From: Octopus sinensis
Taxonomy: Eukaryota
Direction: 5' to 3'
Length of the DNA stretch: 64,000 bases
Assembly: GCF_006345805.1 (NCBI RefSeq)
Contig: NC_043009.1
Coordinates: 17,918,001 to 17,982,000 of the forward strand
Part shown: piece after piece, positions 26,741 through 38,880 of the stretch
Layout of the letters: every line of letters starts with the position of its first letter
Position numbering within the stretch: the stretch's first letter is position 1
Notes under the pieces: model-generated
What the model saw: only the letters and a program-made list of their open reading frames with translations
What the model was told of the DNA's origin: nothing
Database searches by the model: none
Program-made: the position numbers and the translations under genes

Positions 26741-27038
26741 GATTGGGAAGTTGATAACTGTTTGTTATTAACAACAAATCACAAATCGATCATCATTCCT
26801 TACAGCTGTTTCAATCAATACTCAGTGAATCTAACTAAATATTAAAATCATTAGACCTGAGCATGACATCTTCAGAGGGAAAAAATATACTCTTGGATGT
26901 TTTATATGTGTTTATGGATTAATTATAGAAGACTCGTGAATTTAATATTTAATTAATTCACTGAGTATTAATTGAAACAGCTATAACGGATGATGACTGA
27001 TTTGTTGTTAATAATAAACAATTATTAGCTTCCCAATC
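26741..27038. mobile_element. Divergent inverted pair of Penelope-type 3' ends
   Basis: About 90-bp arms GATTGGGAAG...CTCAGTGAAT and ATTCACTGAG...CTTCCCAATC; the left unit holds a hammerhead. Confidence 0.7.
26796..26881 (-). ncRNA. Type I hammerhead ribozyme candidate with intact core
   Basis: TTCCCT-CTGAAGA-T-GTCATGCTCAG...CTGAGTATTGAT-T-GAAAC-AGCT-GT-A-AGGAA: CUGANGA, long stem II, GAAA, palindromic stem III, GUA cleavage triplet. Confidence 0.62.
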
Positions 27039-27281
27039 TCTATTTTCTTTTTCTTCTTTTAATATGAATGTAAACTAATATATATATATATATATATATA
27101 TAATGTGTGTGTGTGTGTATATACATATACACTATATATGTGTTTTTAGATATATGCGTATATATTTTATGATTATATATGTATATATATATATGTGTGT
27201 GATATGTATATATATATATTGTATGTAAATATATATATGTATATATATACATATATATATGTATACATAATATACATGTAT

Positions 27282-27318
<37 letters not shown>

Positions 27319-28292
27319 ATATATATTATATATAATATACACCACACACACACATCTACATATGCCATATATAAACATACATATTTGCGTGCATGTGTGT
27401 GAATCATTTTATTATCTGAATTTGTTACCTATAGAAAAAGCTGGTTTTTAGCCTAAAAACAAGTAATGTGTGTGTGTGTGTGTGTGTCTGTGTCTGTGTC
27501 TGTGTGTGTGCGTGTGCGTGTGTGTGTGTTCGTGTGTGTGTGTGCGTGTGTGTGTTGTTGTGGTGTGTGTGTTCGTGTTCTGCAGGTTTGTCTAACGTTT
27601 AAATAACTAAATTGCTTTATCAAATGGTTAGATGCTGACTCGATAACAAAGACAAGTGTTGATGTTGACAACATCGGTCTAGTTAAAAGATAGTTTTTAA
27701 AAAAAAGAGCAAGTAGGAGGTTAGGAGACAGCGAATGTGAGACTGTTTTATCGAGTGAACATGGAGGCTGCCAGTTGCTGTATGTAGACATACTGTGTAG
27801 ATGTTTATCATGTGTGTGTGTGTGTAAGTAAGTGCGTGAATATATGTATTTACTATGTACATGTATGTATTTGTGTGTGTGCGCGTGTGTGTTTGCGTGT
27901 ATGTATGAACTATGTATTTAGATTGATAGATAAATAGATCCACCTATTCATTGCTAAAGTATGAATACACAGACTCGCAAACAATCCATTTTATCAATCT
28001 TCGCATCCGTCTTAAGCTAGTAAGTCCTAACGAGTTGAGAAAGTTACGTAATATTCCTCGTGTATAAGAAGAAACAAAAACAAAATAAGTAAAAACAAGA
28101 TAAGCTAAAAGAGAAAAAAAAAAAAAGTACAGCTAAAAGTACAGTTAAATATTTGTCGGTAATCCTATTGCAGCCCTCGTAACTTGGAAAATTTATGGTT
28201 GGTGGATACTTGAAAATAAATTGCACTTGGTAGTCTTAGTAGTCTTTTTAAGATCAATTTAAAAATGACCAAGCTCTCGAGGCTCTCATTTT

Positions 28293-28382
28293 TTTACCTT
28301 TTGACCGACAGATTTAAAAAATAATTTTTTGTAACTGAATTTGTTACCTATAGAAAAAGCTGGTTTCTAGCCTAAAAACAAG

Positions 28383-28440
<58 letters not shown>

Positions 28441-28762
28441 AGAGAGAATGTGTCATATAAAACATTTTTTACTCTTAGCATTTTTGAGAAAAACTTATAT
28501 TTACGAAGTAATTTCACGTTAAAAGTAGTTCTATTTCGGTAATTTCAACTTTTATTCCGCTGAATACACGTCATTGATTGGTTGAAATTACCGAAATAGG
28601 ACTACTTTAACGTGAAATTACTTCGTAAATATAAGTTTTTCTCAAAAATGCTAAGAGTAAAAAATGTTTTATATGACACATTCTACCAGTGTCCGAAGTT
28701 TGAAAGTGTTTAGTTACCAAAAATTATTTTTTAAATCTGTCGGTCAAAAGGTAAAGATCCCC
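28293..28762. mobile_element. Long-TIR foldback element with near-perfect inner palindrome (28445-28684, 31-nt loop)
   Basis: Inner arms about 105 bp; outer arms TTTACCTTTTGACCGACAG / CTGTCGGTCAAAAGGTAAA. Confidence 0.85.
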
Positions 28763-29465
28763 ATATTGCTGTAAGGTTTCTAAAATAGTCTCCACATCGG
28801 TGGTTCTGTGCGACTTGTACGTATTGAGTCCCTGTGTGGAAGTTCTACGTACAAGAATTAACAGCCGAAGCCCACTTAAATCATTCCTAACATTTTGAAA
28901 AAAAATGATAGGACCCCATATTGTGAGGAAAGACTATGGAAACGGTCCCAAAAGCCCCTGAAAATAGGTCATTTTATTAAGGATCAACATGGAATATGAA
29001 GAGGAATTAGTTTGACAGACAAGACACGTTCACCTATCGGAATAATTGACGAAATCAACTAATATATAAGCGTGTGTGTGTGTGTGTGTGTTGTGTGAGT
29101 ATGTATGTGTGCGCGCGTGTGTATGTAGTACTCATACACACACATATACACTATGTACATGTAACACCACTACGTGACCGAACAATCAATCAGACAGGTT
29201 GTTTGCTCAGTTCTCATTAATTAAAACCCAAACTGGGGAGATTCTAAAGCCCATGTTTCCTAGTTGGCTTTGGCATAGAACTCTTTGGAAGTTTTATAGA
29301 ATTTCACCTCACAAATATCGTAAACAAATTACTCAGACCTCTAAATATACCTCCTGCTGATCTTAGATAATTTTTGGGTTATTTCAATGTCTGTTGCTAA
29401 AACATAAATGATACCATCGTTAGCCCTGTATCAGGAATATTTAGCAATCAGATCACTTTACCTGA

Positions 29466-29933
29466 TGTTGTGATTCGCTAGAATATTACGTTATAAAAAA
29501 AATCTGACCAATCAAGACTTCACATGGAACCGGCTCCAACACCAATTTCATCTTTGATGTACTTCTTCTGAGTCAGAGCACCACTATATATTTGACGCAG
29601 CTGATCCCACTAAGAGCAGACGGTGGACGGCAGCTGACCCAAGCTCTGGATCAACGCAAAAGCAATGAACAGATGGCGAACGAGAGACATCAGAAGACAC
29701 TAGCACGACCAACAGCTAACCACAATCAACGAAGGTGACAGTAACACGAGAGAGAACCAGCTAACATTTTGACTGCTGCTACAATCACACCAATCCAAGA
29801 ACAATAATCTTCAAACTCTCTCGGTGTTTTGTCGCTCATAGTAACGACAACACTTTTTTTTTGTTTACGAAATGAATAAATATATATTTTTAAAATTTAA
29901 AACCTCAAGCAGATATCAGTGTTCTTCGTAACA
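29466..29933 (+). mobile_element. Candidate solo LTR
   Basis: TGTTGTGA...TCGTAACA termini, internal TATATA and AATAAA; no TSD or PBS found. Confidence 0.5.
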
Positions 29934-31870
29934 CTCCAAATACCAAAATATATCATTTTCCTTCCTTACATGCACATTGTATCAGTATCATTTGCTGATT
30001 TAACAATCCTCAGCAAAGTAAAGTTGGCCAGAAGAGTACTAACTGAAAAGAGACAAATCCTCTTGGAGATTTTATTACCGATAAGGTGAAATCTTAAGGC
30101 AAGTTAGCTGTGAATTCTAGCAAGTCAAGCTATCCTCGTCATATTCATCACTAAATTAGAGCTGATCTGGAGCTACGTAACATCATTCTCACGCATTGCT
30201 TATCTGCACTGCTTCCCTGAAGAGAGACTTCAAAAACATATCAATCTTATTGCTATCAACATCAGTAAGACACAGTGTATATACCAAGGCTTCCACTCAT
30301 TCTTTCCAACCTTCGACAACAGGCAATAAAAACCACCAAGGGTACTGTTAAGCATAAAATTAGTAAACCTAAGACTCTCAGATGATCTTTCCGGGCAGTC
30401 CCACAAGCATTACAAAGCCATAGATCGTATACCCCCAACAGTTTCTGAAGTTTCAGAGGATCCCCCTCCCGAGACCCGAAAGCAGACTTTCCCCACCAAA
30501 TTTCCTTGGAAGCTCCAGTTATTGACCTGCAAAACTCAAGAACCACAATAAAATATTTGATCTAGGAGAAAAGTCATCCAGCTAATTGGCAAAAACTTAC
30601 TGGCCAACACTATTCTTGTCCCTAGTAGCATTGTCTTCTAAATCTGTTAATTCTACAATTACTATAACCTACTATAACAAAAATGAGTAAATAAAGGAAA
30701 TGGAAAAATTACATACGACGTGAGATGAAATGAACTGGTAAGCAACGATTTGTTCTCCGTTATAAAATACAGTGATTGCCATAAATGAAATAAAATAAAA
30801 TAACAGGTTACAAGAAAGACGTGTGAGAGAACTTCGTGGTTAGGCTAGACTGTTTGGTGGTGTGCAGAGGCAACCGTTGGTCTGTTGGGCGTGTGGTCTT
30901 CGTACGGCAACGATGTAGAAAGGCGTCTGGGGGAGAAGATGGAAGCGGAGACTGGCTGGTGTCAGATAGATCGTTGTCAAAGACGAGTTGCGTGTGGTCA
31001 ATGGCGCGTGCCAAAGACCTAGAGCAGGAGAAAACTGTCGTTCTTACAGAGATCAGTAGGCTCCCAGGAGCTGGGGATTAATTTCACTCGTAAGGAAAAA
31101 CGAACTGCTGCACCAAAATGATTGAAAACCGACCTATAATAAAAACAATTTCAGCGAATCACAAGGTCATGTGATGTGGTAGAACGAAAAGGGCTTGTGC
31201 GGCCGATATCCGGGTATTAAAGCCTAATCAGCCCAAAACGAAAACATCTCACACATAATGGCAGTGTCAATCACTTCTGCTACACTTCATTGACCAGAAC
31301 TGGTTAACTACACAAATTAACAGAGGTTTCTAAAAACAGAGTTTCGAAAACTGACAAGACCACATGATTCTTTGAAATGTTTTTAGAAACAATTGATGGT
31401 TGCGAGTTTCTCAGAAAAAATTAACGTCGTTTTATAAAGCTTCACTTCAAACAAGGGTTGATATTCTTGTGTTGTCAAAAATTGAAAATATTTGTTCAAA
31501 TATTTTGAATTACCTAACGGCCGAATAGTCTTATGAACACAATATTCCATGCTTTAAAATATATAAAAGATTTCCTTCAGATTGCGTGAATAATGATTTC
31601 ATTCCTTTTTCTTATATGTACAATAAAGAGAGAAAGAAATGAGCGAACACTGATATCCTTACACCATAACGTTTCGACTACATCAAATAGTGTTGCAATG
31701 TCAAAGCGCATCTTCAACATTTTTTTAGTTTATGCAAAATTGTCTAACTGTTTTTTTTTTTGTTTTAGTTCAACAAAAATAATATATATATATATATGTA
31801 TATAATGTAATATATAGTGTGGCAAAAGAATTATTTTTACTGAGCCTAATTATATAACGTAATATGTATG

Positions 31871-31912
<42 letters not shown>

Positions 31913-32015
31913 TATATATATATATATATAATATATATATATATAATGTATATATAGTCAACAGATGAAACACAGAGGTTCTCAGTATATGTGTATGTGT
32001 GTCTGTGTATTACTG

Positions 32016-32318
32016 TTTTACTTTGTTACGTGTTTCAGTCATTTGAGTGTGGCCACGCTGGAGTACCGCCTTTTAGTTGAAGAAATTGACCGCTGGACCG
32101 TTGGACTTATTCTTTCTAAGCCTGGAGCTTATTTTATTGATATCGTAACCGCTAGGGCAAACTTCTTTCAATTTCCGTCAACTAAATCCACTGACATGGC
32201 TTTGGTTGGCCCAAGGCTACAGTAGAAGACACTTGCTGAAGGTGCCACACAGTGGGAGTGAACCCGAAGCCATGTGATTGGAAAGCAAGCTTCTTAGTAC
32301 ACAGCCACGCCCGCGCCT
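32016..32318 (-). mobile_element. tRNA-derived SINE, family A (internally deleted)
   Basis: Tail and head present; central CA region missing. Confidence 0.85.
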
Positions 32319-32322
32319 ATAT

Positions 32323-32550
32323 GGCGAGCTGGCAGAAACGTTAGCGCACCGGGCGAAATGCTTAGCGGTATTTCGTCTGTCGATACGTTCTGAGTTCAAA
32401 TTCCGCCGAGGTTGACTTTGCCTTTCATCCTTTCGGGGTCGATAAATTAAGTACCAGTTACGCACTGGGCTCGCTGTAATCGACTTAATCCCTTTGTCTG
32501 TCCTTGTTTGTCCCTTCTGTGTTTAGCCCCTTGTGGGCAGTAAAGAAATA
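32323..32550 (+). mobile_element. tRNA-derived SINE, family B
   Basis: GGCGAGCTGGCAGAAACGTTAGC head, B-box GAGTTCAAATTCC, tail GTAAAGAAATA. Confidence 0.88.
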
Positions 32551-33008
32551 TAATATATATATGTATGTATGTATATATATATATAATATATATATAATAA
32601 TTATATATATAATATATATATGTATATGTATATATATATAAGAATATAAGGATGAAAATCACGTTAATGATTTTTATCAGGTAGAGGAATGGTAAGAAGA
32701 AAGATGTTTCACTGGCAGTTTGAAGTATGTGTGTGCGTGTGTATGTACGTGTGTACATGTATGTATATGTTGTGTGTGTGTGTTTGTATGTGTGTGTAGT
32801 TGCGTCTTTGTGTCTGCGTGTATGTGTGCATGTGTGTGTATATATAGGTGTATGTATTTGTTTGTGCGTGGGGTTGTGTGTGTGTCTGTGTACTTGTGTG
32901 TGAGCGCGCATGGATGCGTGTGTGCGCGTATGTATGTGCGTGTGTGTATGTGTGTGTGTGTATGTATGTGCATGTATATGTGTTGTGCGCATATATATAT
33001 ATTACTTT

Positions 33009-33313
33009 ATATAATTAGGGTTCAGCCAAAAAAATTTACTTTACCACATACCGAACTTTTAGAAATAGCAGCACAATTTAGCTAATTTCCTCTACTATAA
33101 GAAGAGCCTTCCAGACAATTTATACTCGAAAACAAATCAAATTTCGAGTGAACTTTCGTTATTTTTCCCTCTATACCTACGTGAATTGTTTTTGAGTATA
33201 AATTGTCTGGGAGATTCTTCTTATAGTAGAGGAAATAGCTAAATTCTTTGGCTGCTATTTTTAAAAGTTCGGTATGTGGTAAAGCAAATTTTTTTGCTGA
33301 ACCCTAATTATAT
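33009..33313. repeat. Palindromic element (about 125-bp arms, about 50-nt spacer)
   Basis: TAATTAGGGTTCAGC...GCTGAACCCTAATTA; arms related to 35246-35543. Confidence 0.85.
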
Positions 33314-33426
33314 GAAATAATGTTTAAATATACCGTAAATGGTCCTTTTACATACTGAACACTGCTTGGTAAAATTATTATTACTAATTAATTAATTTTA
33401 CCCTTTATTATTATTGACTATATATA

Positions 33427-33469
<43 letters not shown>

Positions 33470-34184
33470 ATATATATATATATATATTTTTTTTGGATTG
33501 GTTTGCAAGATTCTTTATATGCATTCATGTGTTGAAGCATATTTGTTGTGTCTGGGGAGAGTAATTTTCTTTTTGTGCCTTATTATTTAACACACTCACC
33601 AGTAAAATTTCCACTTCTTTCTTTTTTATTTTTCTAAAATTTTCGTTGCATCTTGCAACCTTTTCAATGGTTTTGACTCTGTCCATTATTCACACTACGT
33701 TCCTTTTTGTTTGTTTGTGCGCATGTACGTGGTTTAATGTTAACAAAAATCCTTTGACAAGATAAGTTAGATTTTTATATTTAAGAAATATTGTTAAATG
33801 CTTTTCGATTATTTATAGTTGATACATGTATTTTTTAATATATTTATTTGATAATTAATATATCAAATTAGTATAAGTTAAGATAAGTACATTTATTCTA
33901 TTATTATTTTTTTAAATTTTTATTATTCATTATCTTAGACCTAATGAGTGACTATATTTTTAAATAGAATTAATTTTAGTTTGATTTAATTTAAAATCGA
34001 ATTGATTTTATTATTATTATCTATTTGAAAATATAGCCATGAAATGTGCGTAGTCTTTTTACTAATATTTACTAATTATTGTATTGTATTGATTTAAAAT
34101 AAGTTTTTTTATAGTATGTTTTCTATATGAATAACATCTTTCTTTATTGAATTGTTTAATAATGGCTTTTCTCTAAATCATTAC

Positions 34185-34224
<40 letters not shown>

Positions 34225-34359
34225 CTATATATATATATATATAATATATATATATATATATAATATATATAGGGCAAACTTACTGTTGAAAAGTTCAAAG
34301 TCTATATGGCTCAGAATCGTTTATATATATACCCATGGCCAACACATTAACCAACAAGA

Positions 34360-34830
34360 CATCTCCCACAAATAAAGGCTGTCTGAGGCCAATCTGAAAT
34401 TACTCACTAAAAGACAGATTGGTGGAATTGATTGTTTCTTATGCAATCACAATTGCGCTGGGCAGAGCATGTTGTTGGGATGAGTGACAAAGGAATACCC
34501 AAAGATTTCATGTACAGCCAGCTTGATTGCAGGCACAAGAATGTTGATCAACTAGGACACAGATATAAGTACAAGCTCATGAGTAACCTCTTAGAAATGA
34601 AGATAGCACCTTTGAGCGAACAGCCTTGGAGCAAACAAAATGGAGACTGTTGTGTCAGAATGGTATAAGAAACTTTGTTGCAACCAGCATTAACAGGCAA
34701 CTCCAAATATACCACCTACACTGACCTGCAATCCTCATACTTGCAGGATGTGTGGGCTTTCTTGCAAATTGTTGGTGGGACTTTAATTTCACATTCAGCA
34801 TAAGCATTATGACTGACAAAGAAAGAGTAG
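34360..34830 (+). pseudogene. RTE-clade LINE 3' coding fragment
   Basis: QSQLRWAEHVVGMSDKGIPKDFMYSQL...RYKYKL matches the RTE C-terminal QLRWAGHV.RM...PK..LY motif. Confidence 0.8.
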
Positions 34831-34902
34831 GTTGTTGGATCCTCATACGTTGAAACTGACGGAGAGACCCTCATATGTATGTATATATATATATATATAT
34901 AT

Positions 34903-35117
34903 AGTTAATCCAAACAAGAAAGCACAAAAAAAAACACAACAACGCGAGGACGTGGAACAAATAAAGTATTATTGGACGCTCAGGAAAGAAGGAAATAAGG
35001 AGGGTTTAACGTTTCGAGCAGAGCTCTTCGTCGGAAACATAGGAGAAGGAAAGATCCAGAGAAGGGAAGACAGAGGAAAAAAAATCGCCAACGGTACACA
35101 CGAGGTCACATTTTGAA
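34903..35117 (-). mobile_element. Short Penelope-type repeat with hammerhead (copy B)
   Basis: Homologous to 43-258; (TA)n on both sides. Confidence 0.75.
35004..35038 (-). ncRNA. Minimal type I hammerhead ribozyme motif
   Basis: GTTT-CCGACGA-A-GAGC-TCT-GCTC-GAAA-CGTT-AAAC: stems I and II perfect, AACGTT palindrome, U4C variant. Confidence 0.65.
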
Positions 35118-35119
35118 AG

Positions 35120-35157
<38 letters not shown>

Positions 35158-35245
35158 CAACATTGAGGGTAAAATTATTAATTAATCAATTTCACCAAGT
35201 ATTCAGTATGCAAAGGGACCATTTAAGGCGAATTCAAATTATTAC

Positions 35246-35543
35246 ATTATATAAAAGGGCTTAGTAAAATAAATTACTTTGCCGCATACTGAACTCATTA
35301 GAAATAGCAGCAGCTAAAAACTTTTTTAAAACTATTTCTAATACTAAAGAAAACCTCTCTCATATAGTGTTTGCTCAATTCAACTCACGAAAATATTTTC
35401 GTGAGTTGAATTGAGCAAACACTATATGAGAGAGGTTTTCTTTAAGTATTAGAAATAGTTTTAAAAAGTTTTTTTTAGCTGCTATTCTAATGAGTTCAGT
35501 ATGCGGGCAAAGTAATTTATTTTACTAAGCCCTTTTATATAAT
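35246..35543. repeat. Spacerless 298-bp near-perfect palindrome
   Basis: Centre GAAAAT|ATTTTC at 35394/35395; 149-nt arms with few differences. Confidence 0.92.
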
Positions 35544-35821
35544 ATATATATATATATATATCTATATAATATAATTTAGATTCAATTGAATTAGGTACTT
35601 AACTCAAGCACCTTGTTAAGACAAACTTATTTGCACACTCAAATATTTGGTGATTATCAAATTCTACATAGAATGGCAAGATCCAACTTAGTGAATAAAT
35701 CCGCACCTGTTTGTTCAGACTTGTACTTTATATAAAGATACTTTCCACATATTCCTGAAGTGCAGATTCCATGGTAGGTGAGTAAAATATAAATGAGTAA
35801 TGAAGCTGTACAGGTGTCAAT

Positions 35822-35905
35822 TCATTACATCTGTTTTAAGGGACTCCTTTAATTGATCAATGAAAGCATTACATCATTACAAAGAAAACTGTCCTCGTCA
35901 GATGA
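35822..35905 (-). ncRNA. Degenerate hammerhead-like motif
   Basis: TCAT-CTGACGA-GGAC...GTCC-CTT-AAAAC-AGAT-GT-A-ATGA; stem I and CUGACGA intact, GAAA region damaged. Confidence 0.3.
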
Positions 35906-36610
35906 CTGCATAGGCTTCAAGCATAAAGTTCAAGTTAGACATTTAAACATATTTATATCATCGATAGAGAGCAAATATTTACAGTGATCCTGCTGCTAAA
36001 TTTTTTGTCAGAATATAAAAAGGCCAGTACAGCGGCAGACAAGCCAGAAATTAGCATAGGCTAGAAGCAGGGGAAAGGAATAAATGAAAGTAGTGACCAT
36101 ACTTTCTAGACATCGAAGACAATAAGGAGGATATAGTGTCTTCAAAACATCTTAAATTAGATCTTTAGGGAGTTATAAATAAATTAGTATCATGACAGAC
36201 CATTCTACTATCTGAGAAAAGGGAACTTTACATCCAGCTATATCAACACCCTCTTCTCTTTCTATTATCATCACTCCCCCATCAGATATTCTCGTTTACC
36301 ACCCCATGTCCTACCCTTTTGGTAGTTTCCAGCTCGAAATTTCTGGAACCACCGTTGACATTGGCTTACACCTAAAACACTAAAATCTTGCACCAAGAAC
36401 AAGAACAAGATAAAATTACAACCTGCTTTTATAGCAAGTTGGCGCAGGTAGGTTTATCCCGTCCCCTCTGAATTTTAGTTCATCATCATCATCATCATCA
36501 TTTAACGTCCACTTTCCATGCTAATAGGATGATCCAATGCGCGCGCATTGTGTGTGTGTGTACATGTATATATGTGTGTGTGTATATATATATATAATCT
36601 ATATTATATA

Positions 36611-36652
<42 letters not shown>

Positions 36653-36720
36653 GTATGTGCATTATCATATATGTCTCTCTTCTCACTCTCTTTCTCTCTC
36701 TCTCTCTATATATATATATA

Positions 36721-36752
<32 letters not shown>

Positions 36753-36753
<1 letters not shown>

Positions 36754-37172
36754 TAGCAGCTAAGCCAGTTTTAGCCAGTTGGTTTGGATGGTGTGGCTGT
36801 AAAACCTGCTCTGTGTAAGCATTCGGCTTGTTTGGGCATGTTTACGTTAAAAAACAATTTTAGAATGACTTTTTTCTGTCAAAACGCTAAATATAATTGA
36901 CCAACAAAAAAAGCCAAGATTCAACCAAATCAAAAAATAATCCCAAATACTAAGAGAACAAACACACACAAACACACACACACACATTCACATCCCCCCC
37001 TTTACATAAACACACATACATTCACACAGAGTTGAAACACTTTTTGATTTAATTTTTTCAGCGTACAATTTTCATCATCCCACTACCAAGTATGACATCA
37101 CCCCTTCCTTCCTTATTCATCTATCACCCCTTCCTTTCTCATTCATAAACACAAGAGTATTATTATAGTAGA
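36753..37172 (-). mobile_element. Non-autonomous Helitron (degraded 3' hairpin)
   Basis: A|TCTACTATAATAAT 5' end; GCTGCTAG|T 3' end. Confidence 0.65.
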
Positions 37173-37583
37173 TTACTTCGGTAACCATGGGAGTTACGAA
37201 AAAAATACAAAGCCCAGCATTACCACTGGATCATTCTACGCATCTGTGTAATTACGAAGCTAAAGCACGCACAGTAAAGCCGCCTGATGTATATATGTAT
37301 ATGTACGTATGTATGTATGTATGTATGTATGTATGTATGTATGTATGTATGTATGTATGTATTTATGTATGTATGTATGTATGCCAGAGTAAGCACATAA
37401 CTGTGAAACAAGGTGGAAAAAATAGTACTCGAATCCTGGTGGTAGGAGTCAGGAGGTAGAGTAATACGTTTTATTAATAAAGATGCAAAGATCTTGCAAA
37501 AACTGTTACTCAGAGCTACGTATCTGCAACTTTATTAATAAAGTATATACATATATACATGTGTGTGTGCGTGCGTGTGTTTG

Positions 37584-37672
<89 letters not shown>

Positions 37673-38040
37673 GATAGATGGATGGATGGATGGATGGATG
37701 GATGGATGGATGGATGGATGGATGGATGGATGTAGGTATGTATGTATGTATGTATGTATGTATGAATATGGGTGAGTGTACAAAGGAAACAAGGAGGCAT
37801 TCAACACATTTAGTAGAAGGTACATTTATTATTATTTAATATAAAAGCGACTCAAGAGTCATGATTTTCACGTGTACCTCTGAGTCACTTCTGTGTAATT
37901 TTGGGTTATTTCTGGCGATTAAAAGTAAACGATAGAAATTACAAAAAAAGTAAGTGTGTGTGTGTGTGTGTGTGTGGAAAAATACTGAGTGAAAAGAAAC
38001 AACTATCCTCCATAGCTCCAGAGAGGCTTGTGTGCAGCTC

Positions 38041-38315
38041 AGAAAACGTAATCGATATTAATGCTTTATATAATATACACGTGTTTCGTGACATTGGCAG
38101 ACATCAATTACGAGAGCACAAAATACAGTTACGTGAACAAACGTCGCCAGCCTCATTCATCGGAATTGTTTGGTATTTTCGCCGAGTAATGGCAGCTGAA
38201 TGAGACGAGAGGCATTTGTTCACGTAAGCGAGTTGTATGCTCACGTAATTGACGTTTTGCCAGTGTTTTAAACACGTGAATGGCGTACAGTAGATAAAGC
38301 ATTGCCACGTTTTCT
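38041..38315. repeat. Diverged foldback/MITE-like inverted repeat
   Basis: Paired blocks TTACGTGAACAAA/TTTGTTCACGTAA, CACGTGTTT/AAACACGTG, AATGCTTTAT/ATAAAGCATT. Confidence 0.75.
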
Positions 38316-38341
38316 ATGTTCTTTATAAATACATACATACA

Positions 38342-38377
<36 letters not shown>

Positions 38378-38387
38378 TGTATGTGTG

Positions 38388-38454
<67 letters not shown>

Positions 38455-38780
38455 TATGTGTGTGTGTGTTTCTTTATTAGCCACACAGGGCTGAACACAC
38501 ATGGGACAAATTACAAAGTAGAGCTTTTCTTTTTGGGGCAGAAAAAAAAAGTGGGGTAGGTCTTCGATCAAAAGGAATCGTAAAAAGGAAAGAAGAAAAA
38601 ACGATCAATAGGGATTGTGTATCACAGAAATGTCATGATGTAAAGTGTAAAGGGGGAAGCAGATAAGGTTTATCCGTGGAAAGAAAAGCCTACGGAAAAG
38701 ACCACGGTAACCTCGGTCAATAATGTCACATGTTAACACATTTATTTGCAAGTAACTCTCTGTTTTAAAATTTTCCGGGT

Positions 38781-38880
38781 NNNNNNNNNNNNNNNNNNNN
38801 NNNNNNNNNNNNNNNNNNNNNNNNNNNNNNNNNNNNNNNNNNNNNNNNNNNNNNNNNNNNNNNNNNNNNNNNNNNNNNNN
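38781..38880. other. Assembly gap (100 N)
   Basis: Run of N. Confidence 1.
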
